In this document: in pieces, positions 46,226 through 56,334 of the stretch
Numbering within the stretch: the first letter of the stretch is position 1
How the letters are laid out: every line of letters starts with the position of its first letter
NCBI GenBank assembly: GCA_965197825.1
Contig: CBDANW010000003.1
Location: 2,121,566 to 2,185,565 of the forward strand
DNA length: 64,000 bases
Source of the DNA: Candidatus Marinacidobacterales bacterium
GTDB taxonomy: Bacteria > Acidobacteriota > Vicinamibacteria > Marinacidobacterales > DATDRI01
Reading direction: 5' to 3'
The notes under the pieces: generated by a model
Told to the model about the DNA's origin: nothing
The model's database searches: none
The model's input: the letters and a program-made list of their open reading frames with translations, nothing else
Translations under genes and position numbers: made by a program

Positions 46226-46546
46226 GAGACCGGATAGCTCCGAACTGCACCATCCGCCACCCAGTCTGGCCAATTGTGGCACTGCAGAGACGGGTGAGAT
46301 TTCCGCGCGGTTGGCGGGGTTTTGCAGGGGTAGGTGTCACCAGAGACGCGCTAGAAGGGCTGAAGAGGCCTCATTTTCGGTTTTGGTCTCTAATCTCGAT
46401 TTTCGAGTGCCACGTTTGCGCCAAAGGGGGGGAGCGGGTCGCTGACAGGGCCGTGCAGCGTCGGAAAAGAGGCCGCCCGAGGGGTCCAGAATCAAGGCCA
46501 GGGCTACCACGGCGTAGCCGGCTAGCACGTTCTGGTCCAGGTGCGG
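46226..46546. repeat. Repeat D copy 2
   Basis: About 88% identical to 17321-17644. Confidence 0.55.
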
Positions 46547-46915
46547 CCTGGATCCAGGTCTCCGCCCGGGAGCGTGGCATCCCGTTGCTGGACGGTGTTT
46601 TCCCTGCGCGTGCGGGGAACCCGAATCGCCGACATCGCCTCCGACACGCCCCAGATCTGGGGCTCGCCATGGGTCGATGACGATCGAAACGGCCCGGCGC
46701 GCCAGTCTTGAGTTCGTTTGTGTTTTTGGACAGGACGCGGAAGCACCAATCAAGTTTGGTGCGCGCGGGTGAATAAATAGAAGGCACACCTACGCCCAAG
46801 ACAAAAGTCGGAAACACGCTTACGTCAACATTCGGAACGGCAATGCTTGAGAGCATCCCGTTCATCGTCGCCGCGGCCAGAAATCTAAGCGTGGTCGATT
46901 TCGCCAGTTTTGCCA

Positions 46916-47088
46916 GTCACTCCAAGGCAGCACTCGTCCGGTACGTAATGTCGTAGTTGATGATGAAGTCCAGTTCCTCTTCTGTGAAGCCGAAGTGGCG
47001 CGCGAGGACCAAGTCGATTTCATCAACGATAGGCTTGCACTCAGCATATTTAAACGTCTCTATCTTAAGGTTTCCCTTACACATCCTG
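46916..47088 (-). pseudogene. C-terminal end of the PglX/MmeI-like N6-adenine methyltransferase gene, separated from the body by IS256 copy 3
   Basis: Minus-strand translation gives ...KGNLKIETFKYAECKPIVDEIDLVLARHFGFTEEELDFIINYDITYRTSAALE*, the typical MTase C-terminal tail (LYGLTEEEI-like). Confidence 0.5.
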
Positions 47089-48489
47089 GGTCAAGTCTTA
47101 ATTTTCCTGTCAAATCTCCGTACGGTTCCCCGCGCTCGGTTAAGCTGCTGATTCCTCCGACGTGCCTTGCGGGAGAAGCTCGTTGCGAAGCTCCTCGACT
47201 TTCCTGGCGGCGAAGACATCCATCCTCACGCCGCGCCATTTGTTTGCGACGGCCAAGAGCACAGCGAACGAGAGTTTCATCGCGGCCTCCTCGGTGAAGA
47301 AGTGAGGAATGACCTTTGTGCGACGTTTGTGCTCTCCGAACGTGCGCTCAAGTAGATTCGACGTGCGAAGCCTTTTGTGATGCGCCGCAGGAAGGCGTAG
47401 CGCCTGAAGACACGCTTCGAGGGTCTCTTCCATGCACTTCATCGCGCTCGGGAATCGTTGACGGTACCGAGCGATCACCTCCCGACCCTTCTTCAGCCCT
47501 TGCTCGTAGCTGTTCGCATGGAACGACTCAAGGATGGCCGCCTTGAGTTCGTCGCGCACTTCCTTCGGAGCCTTGCCCAGGATGTTCTCGAGGCGGTGCT
47601 TCTGGCAACGTTGCTTGAGGCTTCGAGGGAAGACCTCTGCGATCGCTTTGAGCACTCCAGGATTCCCGTCCGTCACGATGAGCAACGGCTCCCTCATTCC
47701 TCGGGCCACTATCTCCTGCAAGAACCCCTTCCAGTTCTCGTAGGATTCTCGGTTGCCGACACCGATATGAAGAAGAACTCGCGTCCCATCAGCGCGATAG
47801 CCGGTCGCAACGAGGATGGGCTCTTTCCTCTCCGCTCCTTGGTGGTAGCGCAGGTACGTGCCGTCGAGCTCGAGATACAACAGCTTCTCGTTCGAGAGAT
47901 CCCGTTTTCGAAACGCCTCGAAATCCTCCGACAGACACCGTGTGACCCGGCTCACCACCGACTTCGAGACACCCGTGCCGCTCAGCACGTCCGCGAACGT
48001 CGCCTCAATGTCACGCGTCGACATCCCGTGGACGTACATCCGCGCGATCAGTTCATCGAGTTTCTCGGTCCGGCTCACGTAGGCGTCGAGAATCTTTGAC
48101 TGAAACACCTTCTCTGTTTCTCGTACCCGCGGCACTTGCACCGTCACCGCTCCCTCGCCCGTGAGGACCCGATGCGACTCATACCCGTTGCGTCGTCCCT
48201 TCTCCTTCGTCGTTGCCGGAGCGTTCTCATAGTAGTTTCGACCCAACGCCTCCGTCACCTCGCGCTCCAACGCATATTGAAGCATCATCTGAGCTCCCGA
48301 CCGGACGATCTCCGAGAGATTCATCTCCCCAAATACCAGTTGTTCCTCGAACTGCTTGAGCAATCGCTGACTCGGTAGTACCTTTCCCATGATGTATGGT
48401 TCTCCTTTTCTGTCCCCATGACGGGGACGGGTTTGAGCTTGGGGAACCATACATCGTTTTTCTTTGACAGGAATCTTAAGACATCACCC
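47089..48489 (-). mobile_element. IS256-family element, copy 3, flanked by a 9-bp TSD cacatcctg
   Basis: The TSD is at 47080-47088 and 48490-48498. It is inserted within the MTase coding sequence. Confidence 0.85.
47140..48390 (-). CDS. IS256-family transposase
   Basis: Identical to the other copies except for a few substitutions (for example EIVARG in place of EMVARG). Confidence 0.85.
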   Translation of the reverse strand: MGKVLPSQRLLKQFEEQLVFGEMNLSEIVRSGAQMMLQYALEREVTEALGRNYYENAPATTKEKGRRNGYESHRVLTGEGAVTVQVPRVRETEKVFQSKILDAYVSRTEKLDELIARMYVHGMSTRDIEATFADVLSGTGVSKSVVSRVTRCLSEDFEAFRKRDLSNEKLLYLELDGTYLRYHQGAERKEPILVATGYRADGTRVLLHIGVGNRESYENWKGFLQEIVARGMREPLLIVTDGNPGVLKAIAEVFPRSLKQRCQKHRLENILGKAPKEVRDELKAAILESFHANSYEQGLKKGREVIARYRQRFPSAMKCMEETLEACLQALRLPAAHHKRLRTSNLLERTFGEHKRRTKVIPHFFTEEAAMKLSFAVLLAVANKWRGVRMDVFAARKVEELRNELLPQGTSEESAA

Positions 48490-50770
48490 ACATCCTGTGC
48501 GAGGTCCCCTTGAGTTCACGCAGATAGCGCTCCCCTAGAGCGACGAAGGCTTGCCGAAGTTCTGGATGGACACGCTCGGGATTTAACGGAAACGCCAGTA
48601 GGTCTCGGCGGTTCAAATTCCGACAATCGGAGAGCACATTCCAGAACCAGAAGAATGTTGACGAACTCAACAGCGCCACAACTGCGCTCACCGACTCCGC
48701 TGATGCGAAGCCAAGCTCCTTCAGTTCTGACGGAGGAACACGACGGCCAGTTATAACGTCGATGATCTCTGGAACGAAATCCAGAAAAGCAAGAAAATAG
48801 CCGAACTTACGAGTGTAGTAAACGCGGTAGCGCGTCGCGACAGTAAGCGCATTGGCCAATCTCTCTCGTTCCACAGTTGCTGTCAGACGGCTGAACGCTT
48901 GAACCTCTAGGCGGCTTCCTAGCTTTTCAAGTGCTGCAGGGAACACCGAGAAGTTTGAGTGTCCTGGTGCGTACTCTATCCGCGACTGAAACACGTTTTG
49001 AAATGCCGCTCGCCGCCATCGAAGGTACTGCGTCGTAAATATTGTCGCGTCCTTCGGCGTGAAGCGTCGCGCCACAAGGATGGTGAGGCGTTTCTGGGCT
49101 CCATCAAACAATTGGGACGGGCGGTTCGCATAGCATGAAACCCACGCTGAGTCGACCGAGTTCAACACAAACTTTTGCAGTGGCGCAAACCCGTCAGTGC
49201 CGAATATCGATATCGGGAGGATCAAACCCAACCGACCCCTTGCACGGAGAAGGGCCAGGGACCGTTCCGTACAAAATGAGTACAAGTCGCCACATTGTTC
49301 ACTTCGAAAACCACTTACTTCGTAGGTCTTCTTGATGTCTTTGTACTCCACATACGGCGGATTCCCAATGATCACGTCGAACCCACCCTCATGCACGATT
49401 CTGTAGAACTCCACGAACCAATGGAATGGCTGATGTGACTTAAAGCCACTTGGCATAGACGGCCTTCTTCAAGGACTTGACGCCATAATTGCCCGCCAGA
49501 TAGTGGTTGAGTTCGTTGTCCAGATCAGCCAGGCGCTCGCGCACGACCTCCTTATTCTCCACCGGTACGGACCCGTCGCCTTCGACTTGACGATCTCGGA
49601 AGGCATCGAACTCCTCCTGTAGCTCCGCAGCCTTCAGGGAGATCTCCTCCATCGTGTTTTCAAAATCGAGCTTGCTCGTCGCCGCCCGCCTCACCTCGTC
49701 ATAACTGGCATAGCCGACGAGTGTGTTGCCGACACGGATGTTGAAGTCGATGTCCGGCAACGGCTCGATGCCAAGGTTGTCGTACGAGCCGTCGGGGTCC
49801 ACCTGGGCGGCGAGTTTGAGGAAGAGCCGGAGCTTACAGATCTCAACCGCCTCCTCCATGATGTCTACGCCGAAGAGATTGTTAAGAATGATGCTCTTGT
49901 AAACGAAGTACCGGCGGTTGGGATGCGCGGCAACCCTCTCCAGGATTCTGCGAAAGTCGGTAAACTTCTCTCGCCGACCCTTTTCGCCGGAACGCTCAGC
50001 GTCTTCGACGAACGCCTCCATGCGGTCGAGACAGGCTTCGTACAGCGGGTCGAGAATATTAACTGCAGCAAACAAAAATGCTCCCGATCCACACGTCGGA
50101 TCGAGAACGGTGATCTTCTCGATAGCGTTCCACAAGGCGCGCAGGAGTTCCGGACCTTCGCAATTCTCGATCACATCCTGCGCGAACTGTCGGATGTCGA
50201 GGTTTAGAGTGATCGGCTCATTGATTTCTCAGACTTCCCCGTCCGCAAGCTTAGTCTTGATTTCCTCGTAACGCTTTCGGCGCGCAACCACTTCGCGCCA
50301 AGTCTCAGTCGGTAAGCCAAACTCTGAAGTTGCCAGCTTGTTCCAACCCTTACGTAATTCCAGGGTCTCCACGGGTCCGTCGCCGACCAACTCGTGCAGA
50401 GTCGGCGTATCAAGCCCCATGGCGATCTCCTCTTGAAGCGGTAACCCTGCCCCATGTCGTATTGCTGGATAGATGTAGCGGTCGGGGTCGTTTCTCAGCA
50501 GATCCCACACCGTTGGGCCCTTCGGATTCTCGAACGCGACCTTGCATGTGGATCGGGCATCGTCGAAGAGGAACGGAAGAACCGTGGTCTTGCTGTTGTA
50601 CTCGGTGATGTCCTCCTTCGTGTAATACGCCCCCATTTGCTTTTGGTTGATGTACTTCTCGAAGATGTATCCCAGAACGTCTGGGTTGATTTCGTTGTCG
50701 GCCCGGAGAGGCCGCTCGTCCAAGTGCCACTGGTACTGATCAAAATAGTCAAAGATGCGCTCGAAAGCTG
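48490..50770 (-). pseudogene. PglX/MmeI/Eco57I-like N6-adenine DNA methyltransferase body. It is 5'-truncated by IS5, 3'-interrupted by IS256, and split into three frames.
   Basis: 50229..50770: ...NPDVLGYIFEKYINQKQMGAYYTKEDI (GxYYTP motif). 49440..50174: ITVLDPTCGSGAFLFAAV (motif I) and NNLFGVDIMEEAVEICKLRLFL. 48476..49456: FDVIIGNPPYVEYKD (NPPY). Confidence 0.6.
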
Positions 50771-51853
50771 CCTTGGTGCACAACTCGCGATCTCGGTCCA
50801 CAATTGTCCTGTACTCGCGGATACGAGGTTCCCCATGAGCATTTTCAAACGCACTCAGCGGAAGTATGTGAAGAAGGCCTATCGCGTGAGGAATTGGCGT
50901 GAATATGAGGCGGGTCTACGCAACCGCGGGAGGCTGACCGTCTGGGTCTCGCTCACCGCCGGCAAGCTTGTGAACTGGGACGCGCCCCGGCCAAGGAGGA
51001 GGAAACCGGGCCGTCAACGCAAGTACTCGAACCACGCCATCGATACGGCTGTTACCCTGGGCATGGTGTTTCATCTGTCATCTAGGCAGAGCGAGGGATT
51101 GCTGCGGTCGTTGTTCGCTCTGATGAAGCTAGACAATGATGTGCCCGATCACACCACGATCTCGAGGCGCAAGGCGAATCTGGGTAAGGTCCCCTTCTAC
51201 CAAGTCAAGCAGAAGACGCCGTTGCACATCTTGATCGACAGCAGCGGTCTCGCTGTCCACGCCGGCCAGCTGCGCAGAGCACAAAAGAGCAGGGACTATC
51301 GCAAGCTCCATCTGTGTGTCGACGAGCAGAGTGGCGAAGTCGTCGCCGGCGAGCTGACGAGCAAAAGAGCCCGCGATTCATCGCGGGTTGCATCGCTTGT
51401 CGGACAGATCGACAGTCCCATCTCATCGGCCAGAGCTGACACCGCATACGACGCCGGCGGCGTCTATGAGGCAATCGAGAATCACAGCGCTCATCGCTCG
51501 CCGAGGGTGCTGATACCGCCGCGCAAGGGCGCCCTGCTCGCATCGGGGCCGGCGAGCAACCGACAGCGCAATCGCAACATTGCAGCACAAGCTCGGCTCG
51601 GCAAACGAAAGTGGCACACAGAATCGGGCTACAGCAAACGGAGCAAAGTCGAGACAACGTTCCATCGCTACAAGGCTATCGTGGGCTCAGCGATGCGAGC
51701 GAGAGGGTTGGCGGCACAGAGAGTTGAGGCAAGGATCGGGTGCAAGATTCTCAACACCATGACGGCGCTCGGGATGCCTGATAGCGAGATGACCGGATGA
51801 TGGGAGTCGGGGCCAAGCGAGCTCTCGGCCTCTATCGGAGTTGTGCACCAAGG
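50771..51853 (+). mobile_element. IS5-family element (1083 bp) with 16-bp perfect terminal IRs ccttggtgcacaactc
   Basis: The left IR is at 50771-50786. The right end ...gagttgtgcaccaagg is at 51838-51853. The same IR is found at the decayed copy at 22644. Confidence 0.75.
50835..51800 (+). CDS. IS5-family DDE transposase
   Basis: MSIFKRTQRKYVKKAYRVRNWREYEAGLRNRGRLTVW...KVETTFHRYKAIVGSAMRARGLAAQRVEARIGCKILNTM. ATG at 50835. Confidence 0.8.
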   Translation: MSIFKRTQRKYVKKAYRVRNWREYEAGLRNRGRLTVWVSLTAGKLVNWDAPRPRRRKPGRQRKYSNHAIDTAVTLGMVFHLSSRQSEGLLRSLFALMKLDNDVPDHTTISRRKANLGKVPFYQVKQKTPLHILIDSSGLAVHAGQLRRAQKSRDYRKLHLCVDEQSGEVVAGELTSKRARDSSRVASLVGQIDSPISSARADTAYDAGGVYEAIENHSAHRSPRVLIPPRKGALLASGPASNRQRNRNIAAQARLGKRKWHTESGYSKRSKVETTFHRYKAIVGSAMRARGLAAQRVEARIGCKILNTMTALGMPDSEMTG

Positions 51854-52353
51854 CAGCGTCGAAGCGGAAGGCTCTGACTGGCCGTGGTGCCAAAGGTAAG
51901 ACCGCCGTCGTCGCAATGAAGGATCGGGCGAGCAATCACGTCCGGGCCAAGGTGATTGAGAATGCCGACAAGCCTACACTCCAGGGCTTCGTGCTGGACA
52001 ATGCCGCACCGGACGCGAAGGTCTACGCCGATGACGCAGTAGCCTACTACGGGCTACCGCGAAACCTCGAAACCGTGCGGCACTCGGCTGGCGAGTACGT
52101 CCGCGAGCAAGCTCATATCAACGGCGTCGAGTCCTTCTGGGCTACGCTCAAACGGGCGCACAAGGGCGTTTTCCACAAGCTCAGCCCAAAGCATCTGGAC
52201 CGCTACGTCACCGAGTTTGCCGGAAAGCACAACGTCAGGGACGAGGACACTCTGGCTCAGATGGTTGTCGTGGCGGCTGGTCTTGTGGGGAAGCGGCTGA
52301 TGTATCGGGATCTGGTTGCGGACAACGGGCTGCCTTCCGGCGCCCGTTCCTAG
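51854..52353 (+). pseudogene. 3' portion of an IS1595-family (ISXO2-like) transposase, 5'-truncated by the IS5 element
   Basis: ...GKTAVVAMKDRASNHVRAKVIENADKPTLQGFVLDNAAPDAKVYADDAVAYYGL...HSAGEYVREQAHINGVESFWATLKRAHKGVFHKLSPKHLDRYVTEFAGKHN. Confidence 0.55.
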
Positions 52354-52383
52354 GTCGCATCAGAGCGCGGGCAACATCCTCTG

Positions 52384-53450
52384 TCAAACGTATAATTCCC
52401 AAAAAAAGGCGGGCATGACGAAACGCAGCGCCCTGCCCGAAGGGAAATTCAGAATGTACGCAAAGGGAATGAGGTGCCCCAGATAGGCTACCGGAAGGAA
52501 GCGAAAGCGCGTGGGGAGGCTGAGCAGAAGGCCGACGAGCCCGCCCGCAATCACCAGCACACCGAGCATGGGGAAATGGCGGAGCCCGTTCCAGAACGAC
52601 CGAACGGGTAGGACCGTGAGGCCGCGCAGCTGTCCGGCGAGCAACTCGCCCATGCCATGAAACTCCAGAACGTATCGGAAGACGTTCACCTGGCTGGCGG
52701 ACTCACCGGGGTCCTCGGCTCGCAGCCAGAACTCGGTGTGAAAGCTGATGGCGTAGAACGGGTCGCCGTGCGCTCGATAGCAGCTCACAAGGTAGGGACC
52801 GACCAAGACGGTCATCGTGAGTAAAGCGATGCCACAGGCCTTCCAGCCGCCGTCCTTGCGGGTGTCCCATCCCCCGAGTAACGCCGGTCGCCTCCAACGA
52901 ACTCTCAGATGAGCTGCCCCTGGCGCTGATGGAAAAGAATCGAAAATGCGTGGCGCCCCTCCTCCAAGGATGTCTCGATACTGGCCAACCCGGAGGCGCG
53001 CGTGAGTCTCCTCCCACCGATGCGGAGGCCGCATCGATCATCGCACTCCAGATCGAAGCGATAGCGACCAGACTTGGAAGCCACCAGCGAGCCCCGTAGC
53101 TCGATTCGCACGTCGTGTCGGCGTCCGACGAGCCGGTTGAGGTCTCGGCGGGCTTACGATAGAAAGCGTCCCCACTCGGCTTCTCGCCCGAACCGGGTCA
53201 CTCACCCGTGGACAGTCGAGAGGCGTTGAGCTCGAGAGAAGGAGTCGGCTCGAGGACGCCCGCCCGCCAGACGGCAAGCGGCCAATACAGCAAACCCAGA
53301 CCAAGTGCGAGACCCAGAAAGACAAGCACATGGGGCCGACGCGACGAGACCGGCGCGAGAAAAAAGACCAGCACGCACGGGCCGAGCAACCACAGCAGTC
53401 CCATCGAAGGGAAGGACAGCGGCCCGAGACGAGCGCCCTGCTCGCCGAGG
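52384..53450 (-). pseudogene. Polytopic membrane protein (GT-C/PMT-like?) with apparent frameshifts
   Basis: 52384..53034 has TM segments (...MLGVLVIAGGLVGLLLSL...). The overlapping ORF 53198..53404 in another frame encodes LLWLLGPCVLVFFLAPVS...VLVFLGLALGLGLLYWPLAVW. There is no single intact frame. Confidence 0.3.
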
Positions 53451-53651
53451 AGTCGGATTCCCGCACAGTGGCGAGAGCAAACAAGAAAACGAGGCCGCGT
53501 CTACTTCGAGGAAAAACGGAAGGCAGTCCGATCAAACACCCGCATCTTGTCACAGACGCAACACGGATTCAAAACTAGGCGCGTCCTGCGCCCCGCTGTT
53601 CCCCATCGATACCTTGCGGCGAGGCCTCGCTCCTTCTATCATGCCGCCTGG

Positions 53652-54155
53652 ATGTCTTCTTGCGCTTCCATCCTGTTCGCCCTGGTGGCCTCGATTTCCG
53701 GGGCTTTCGGTACTGGCGGTACCGGCGGTACGGCCCGGCCCGATGCACGGAGTCTCATCGAGAAAGTCATCGAAAAACAGGAGCTCCGTCAAGAGCAGCA
53801 ACGGGAGTACTCGTATCCGGAAACGGTCACCACCGAGCACTCACGCAAGGACGGAACCATCCACAAGGTCGAAAGCAAGACGTTTCGAGTGACCCCTTCC
53901 CCGGAAGGAGAGTACCGCCGACTGGTCGCCGAGAACGGGCGCCCGCTCACACCCAAGAAAGAAAAGAAGGAAGAGGAAGAGTTCCAAAAGTATCTCGAGA
54001 AACAGATGAAGCTGTCCGACGCCGAGCGGCAGCGTGGCACCAACGAGAAGCTGGCCAGCCTGGTCAGCCGGTTTCAAACCCGCCTGCGCGAAGCTCTCGA
54101 GGTGTACGAGTTCACGCCGCTTCCCGACGAGAAATTAAATCAACCACCGGCTTAA
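53652..54155 (+). CDS. Secreted hypothetical protein (signal peptide; Lys/Glu-rich)
   Basis: MSSCASILFALVASISGAFG...EGEYRRLVAENGRPLTPKKEKKEEEEFQKYLEKQMKLSDAERQRG. The stop TAA lies inside the palindrome ccggcttaagccgg. Confidence 0.4.
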   Translation: MSSCASILFALVASISGAFGTGGTGGTARPDARSLIEKVIEKQELRQEQQREYSYPETVTTEHSRKDGTIHKVESKTFRVTPSPEGEYRRLVAENGRPLTPKKEKKEEEEFQKYLEKQMKLSDAERQRGTNEKLASLVSRFQTRLREALEVYEFTPLPDEKLNQPPA

Positions 54156-54159
54156 GCCG

Positions 54160-54330
54160 GTGGATTGCGCGGGCGCGTCGACTGGAAGTCGACTTCATGC
54201 GCCCGCTTCATTCTCAACCCCCCGACTTCAGTCGGGGGAGTCTCGTCCCCTTCGGGGACTTCGACAATCTTTTCTTCGCCTAAAGGCGAGGGGTTTCCAC
54301 CATCCCCGAAGGGGACACTAAACGGCAGAC
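54160..54330. other. Cluster of five or six short GC-rich stem-loops (terminator plus REP-like or structured RNA), lying in frame between two ORFs
   Basis: ccggcttaagccgg; gcgggcgcgtcgactggaagtcgacttcatgcgcccgc; cccccgacttcagtcggggg; gtccccttcggggac (UUCG loop); cgcctaaaggcg; tccccgaaggggac. Confidence 0.5.
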
Positions 54331-54339
54331 ATCTCAGGC

Positions 54340-54722
54340 GGTTTCAGTTCTCGCCGCGCAACAACTACCAGCCCGACTCCCGCGGAGCGAAGACCCTCAA
54401 CCGTCTCGAAGGCACGGTCTGGATCGATCCCAAGCAATCTCAAATCGCCCGGCTGCACATCGTGTTCCGCGAAGACATGAAGTTCTTCTTTGGTCTATTC
54501 GGCAGAGTATCCAAAGGCTCAGAAGCGACAGCCGAACAGTGGCAGGACGAGAACGGTCTCTGGCTCCTCGACAACATCACCGTATCTCTCGACGCACGAT
54601 TCTACTTCCTCAAGAAGTACCGCAGACGGATCGTCTACTCCTATACGGACTATGAAAAATATTCCGTCGAGACCGACGAGGACGACTTTCGACAGCTCGG
54701 CTCCGGTGATGGTTCGCGGTAG
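54340..54722 (+). CDS. Hypothetical periplasmic protein (beta-rich). It may be the continuation of 53652..54155 if the hairpin segment is an insertion.
   Basis: Same reading frame as the upstream ORF. ...NRLEGTVWIDPKQSQIARLHIVFREDMKFFFGLFGRVSKGSEATAEQWQDENGLWLLDNITVSLDARFYFLKKYRRRIVYSYTDYEKYS. Confidence 0.35.
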
Positions 54723-54728
54723 GTCTCT

Positions 54729-56294
54729 TCAACGTTCATAGAGCACGCGCCTCCGGGCGGGGCGACCCACCGCAACCAGAAACATCACACTCTTCCCCTC
54801 GGCGTGAGGCGAGAAGAATCGCGTCACATCGTCGTCGAAGAAGGTCAGCCCCGATGCGCCGAGACCGAGCGCATAGGCGGCAAGGTAGATTTTCCCACCA
54901 ACGATGCCGCCCTCGAGCTGGGCCGCGCGGTATCCGCGGTTTCCAAAGCGCTCCAGAACAGGATCCAAAGAGCACATGACGTATATGTTCACGCTTGCGT
55001 CCGCGGCAAGATCCTGTCCCAGATCGAGGTGCCCGGCTTCCCGACGAAAGTCGCCTTCCTGAAGTTGCTCGAGCGCGTTGCCCAGCCGATGATGAAAGTA
55101 CGCGCCGGAAGGAAGGCCGTCGACGGCGTTGACGACAAGATACAGATCGTTGATGTAGGAACCGAAGGGCCCGAGATAGTCGGCCGGTATCCCGCGCGTC
55201 GCACGATCCAGTATCGTCGATAGCTGCGCGTCGGTGATGCCCTCTCGCGCGAATCGACGTGAGGATCCCCGCCTCACGATCACCCCTTCCAGAGGATCTT
55301 GCGGGAGATCCGCCGCCGCCAGGCCTTTCAGCGGGAAGATAGGTCTGGTAGAATTGCCAGGGTCGGCGCGATCCGATTTCGGAGCGGACCCTCGCCACTG
55401 ACGTGCTTCCTCGACACTCTGAAGTGCGGAGGCATTGTGTACTTGCCGAATTTCGGGATAGTCGACCTCGGAAGCAGAAAGCGGCACCGTCTGGTAACCG
55501 AGAGCTGTCATCCCGCTAGGCGCGCCGGGCGCCTGAGGAGGCCGCTCTGCGTCTCGACCCAAGGCGACCAGAGCGAGGGTCACTTCTCGATCGGGATCCA
55601 AATCCAGCAGCCTGTTGACCGGAGCATCTTCGAATCCTAGGACCACCTGCACCGGCAATTCCAGTGCCGCGGCCTCGGCCAAAAGGTTCGCCATCAACGT
55701 CCCACTATCCCAGAAACAATGGCGATAAGCGCGCTGCTGATATTTCCACGCGTTGCGCCAAAACGTGCTGGTAAAAAGGATGACCGCCGGCGCGGATTCC
55801 ATCGCGGGCTCGTCCCCGCTCGCTGACACCAAGCTGGCTCGCCAGTCGCCTTCCCTCAGCTTTCTCAAACCAAAGTCCGACGGACCGAAGTGGTAGACGC
55901 TCGCTTCGAGACCCGCAACGGAACGGCAAGCAAGATATAGCTCCACATGGTAGAGCGCTCCCGTGCAGGCGGCTGCGCGAAACAAGATCTGACCGCCTGC
56001 AAGATTTTTCACTTTGGTGATACCGGCCGAGTAGTAGAGAATTCGGGCGAGATCTTCGATATCGGGGATCTTCTCTCCTTGCGTTGCGTCTCCTCCCGCG
56101 GCGATGGCGTTTAGAGCGGGCACCGGCGAGAGCTCCCTCTCTTTCGGCAGAGGCAGCGGCTCCAAATCACGATACAGCTTGAAAGGCAGCGGTTGATTGG
56201 GCCAATCGAGAAAGTGCGGTGTGGTACGGATGCTATGAACGGAGTGTTTCGTGTCCTCGTGATAGCGCTTAGCCGCGTCCGCGGGGTCGCTCAT
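54729..56294 (-). CDS. SagB-type dehydrogenase / double nitroreductase-fold protein
   Basis: MSDPADAAKRYHEDTKHS...LPFKLYRDLEPLPLP is the SagB-type N-terminal motif, followed by two nitroreductase-like halves. ATG at 56292-56294. Confidence 0.6.
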   Translation of the reverse strand: MSDPADAAKRYHEDTKHSVHSIRTTPHFLDWPNQPLPFKLYRDLEPLPLPKERELSPVPALNAIAAGGDATQGEKIPDIEDLARILYYSAGITKVKNLAGGQILFRAAACTGALYHVELYLACRSVAGLEASVYHFGPSDFGLRKLREGDWRASLVSASGDEPAMESAPAVILFTSTFWRNAWKYQQRAYRHCFWDSGTLMANLLAEAAALELPVQVVLGFEDAPVNRLLDLDPDREVTLALVALGRDAERPPQAPGAPSGMTALGYQTVPLSASEVDYPEIRQVHNASALQSVEEARQWRGSAPKSDRADPGNSTRPIFPLKGLAAADLPQDPLEGVIVRRGSSRRFAREGITDAQLSTILDRATRGIPADYLGPFGSYINDLYLVVNAVDGLPSGAYFHHRLGNALEQLQEGDFRREAGHLDLGQDLAADASVNIYVMCSLDPVLERFGNRGYRAAQLEGGIVGGKIYLAAYALGLGASGLTFFDDDVTRFFSPHAEGKSVMFLVAVGRPARRRVLYER

Positions 56295-56334
56295 GCGTGC
56301 GATGATAGCATGGCTGTGAGATAATACCGCGCTC

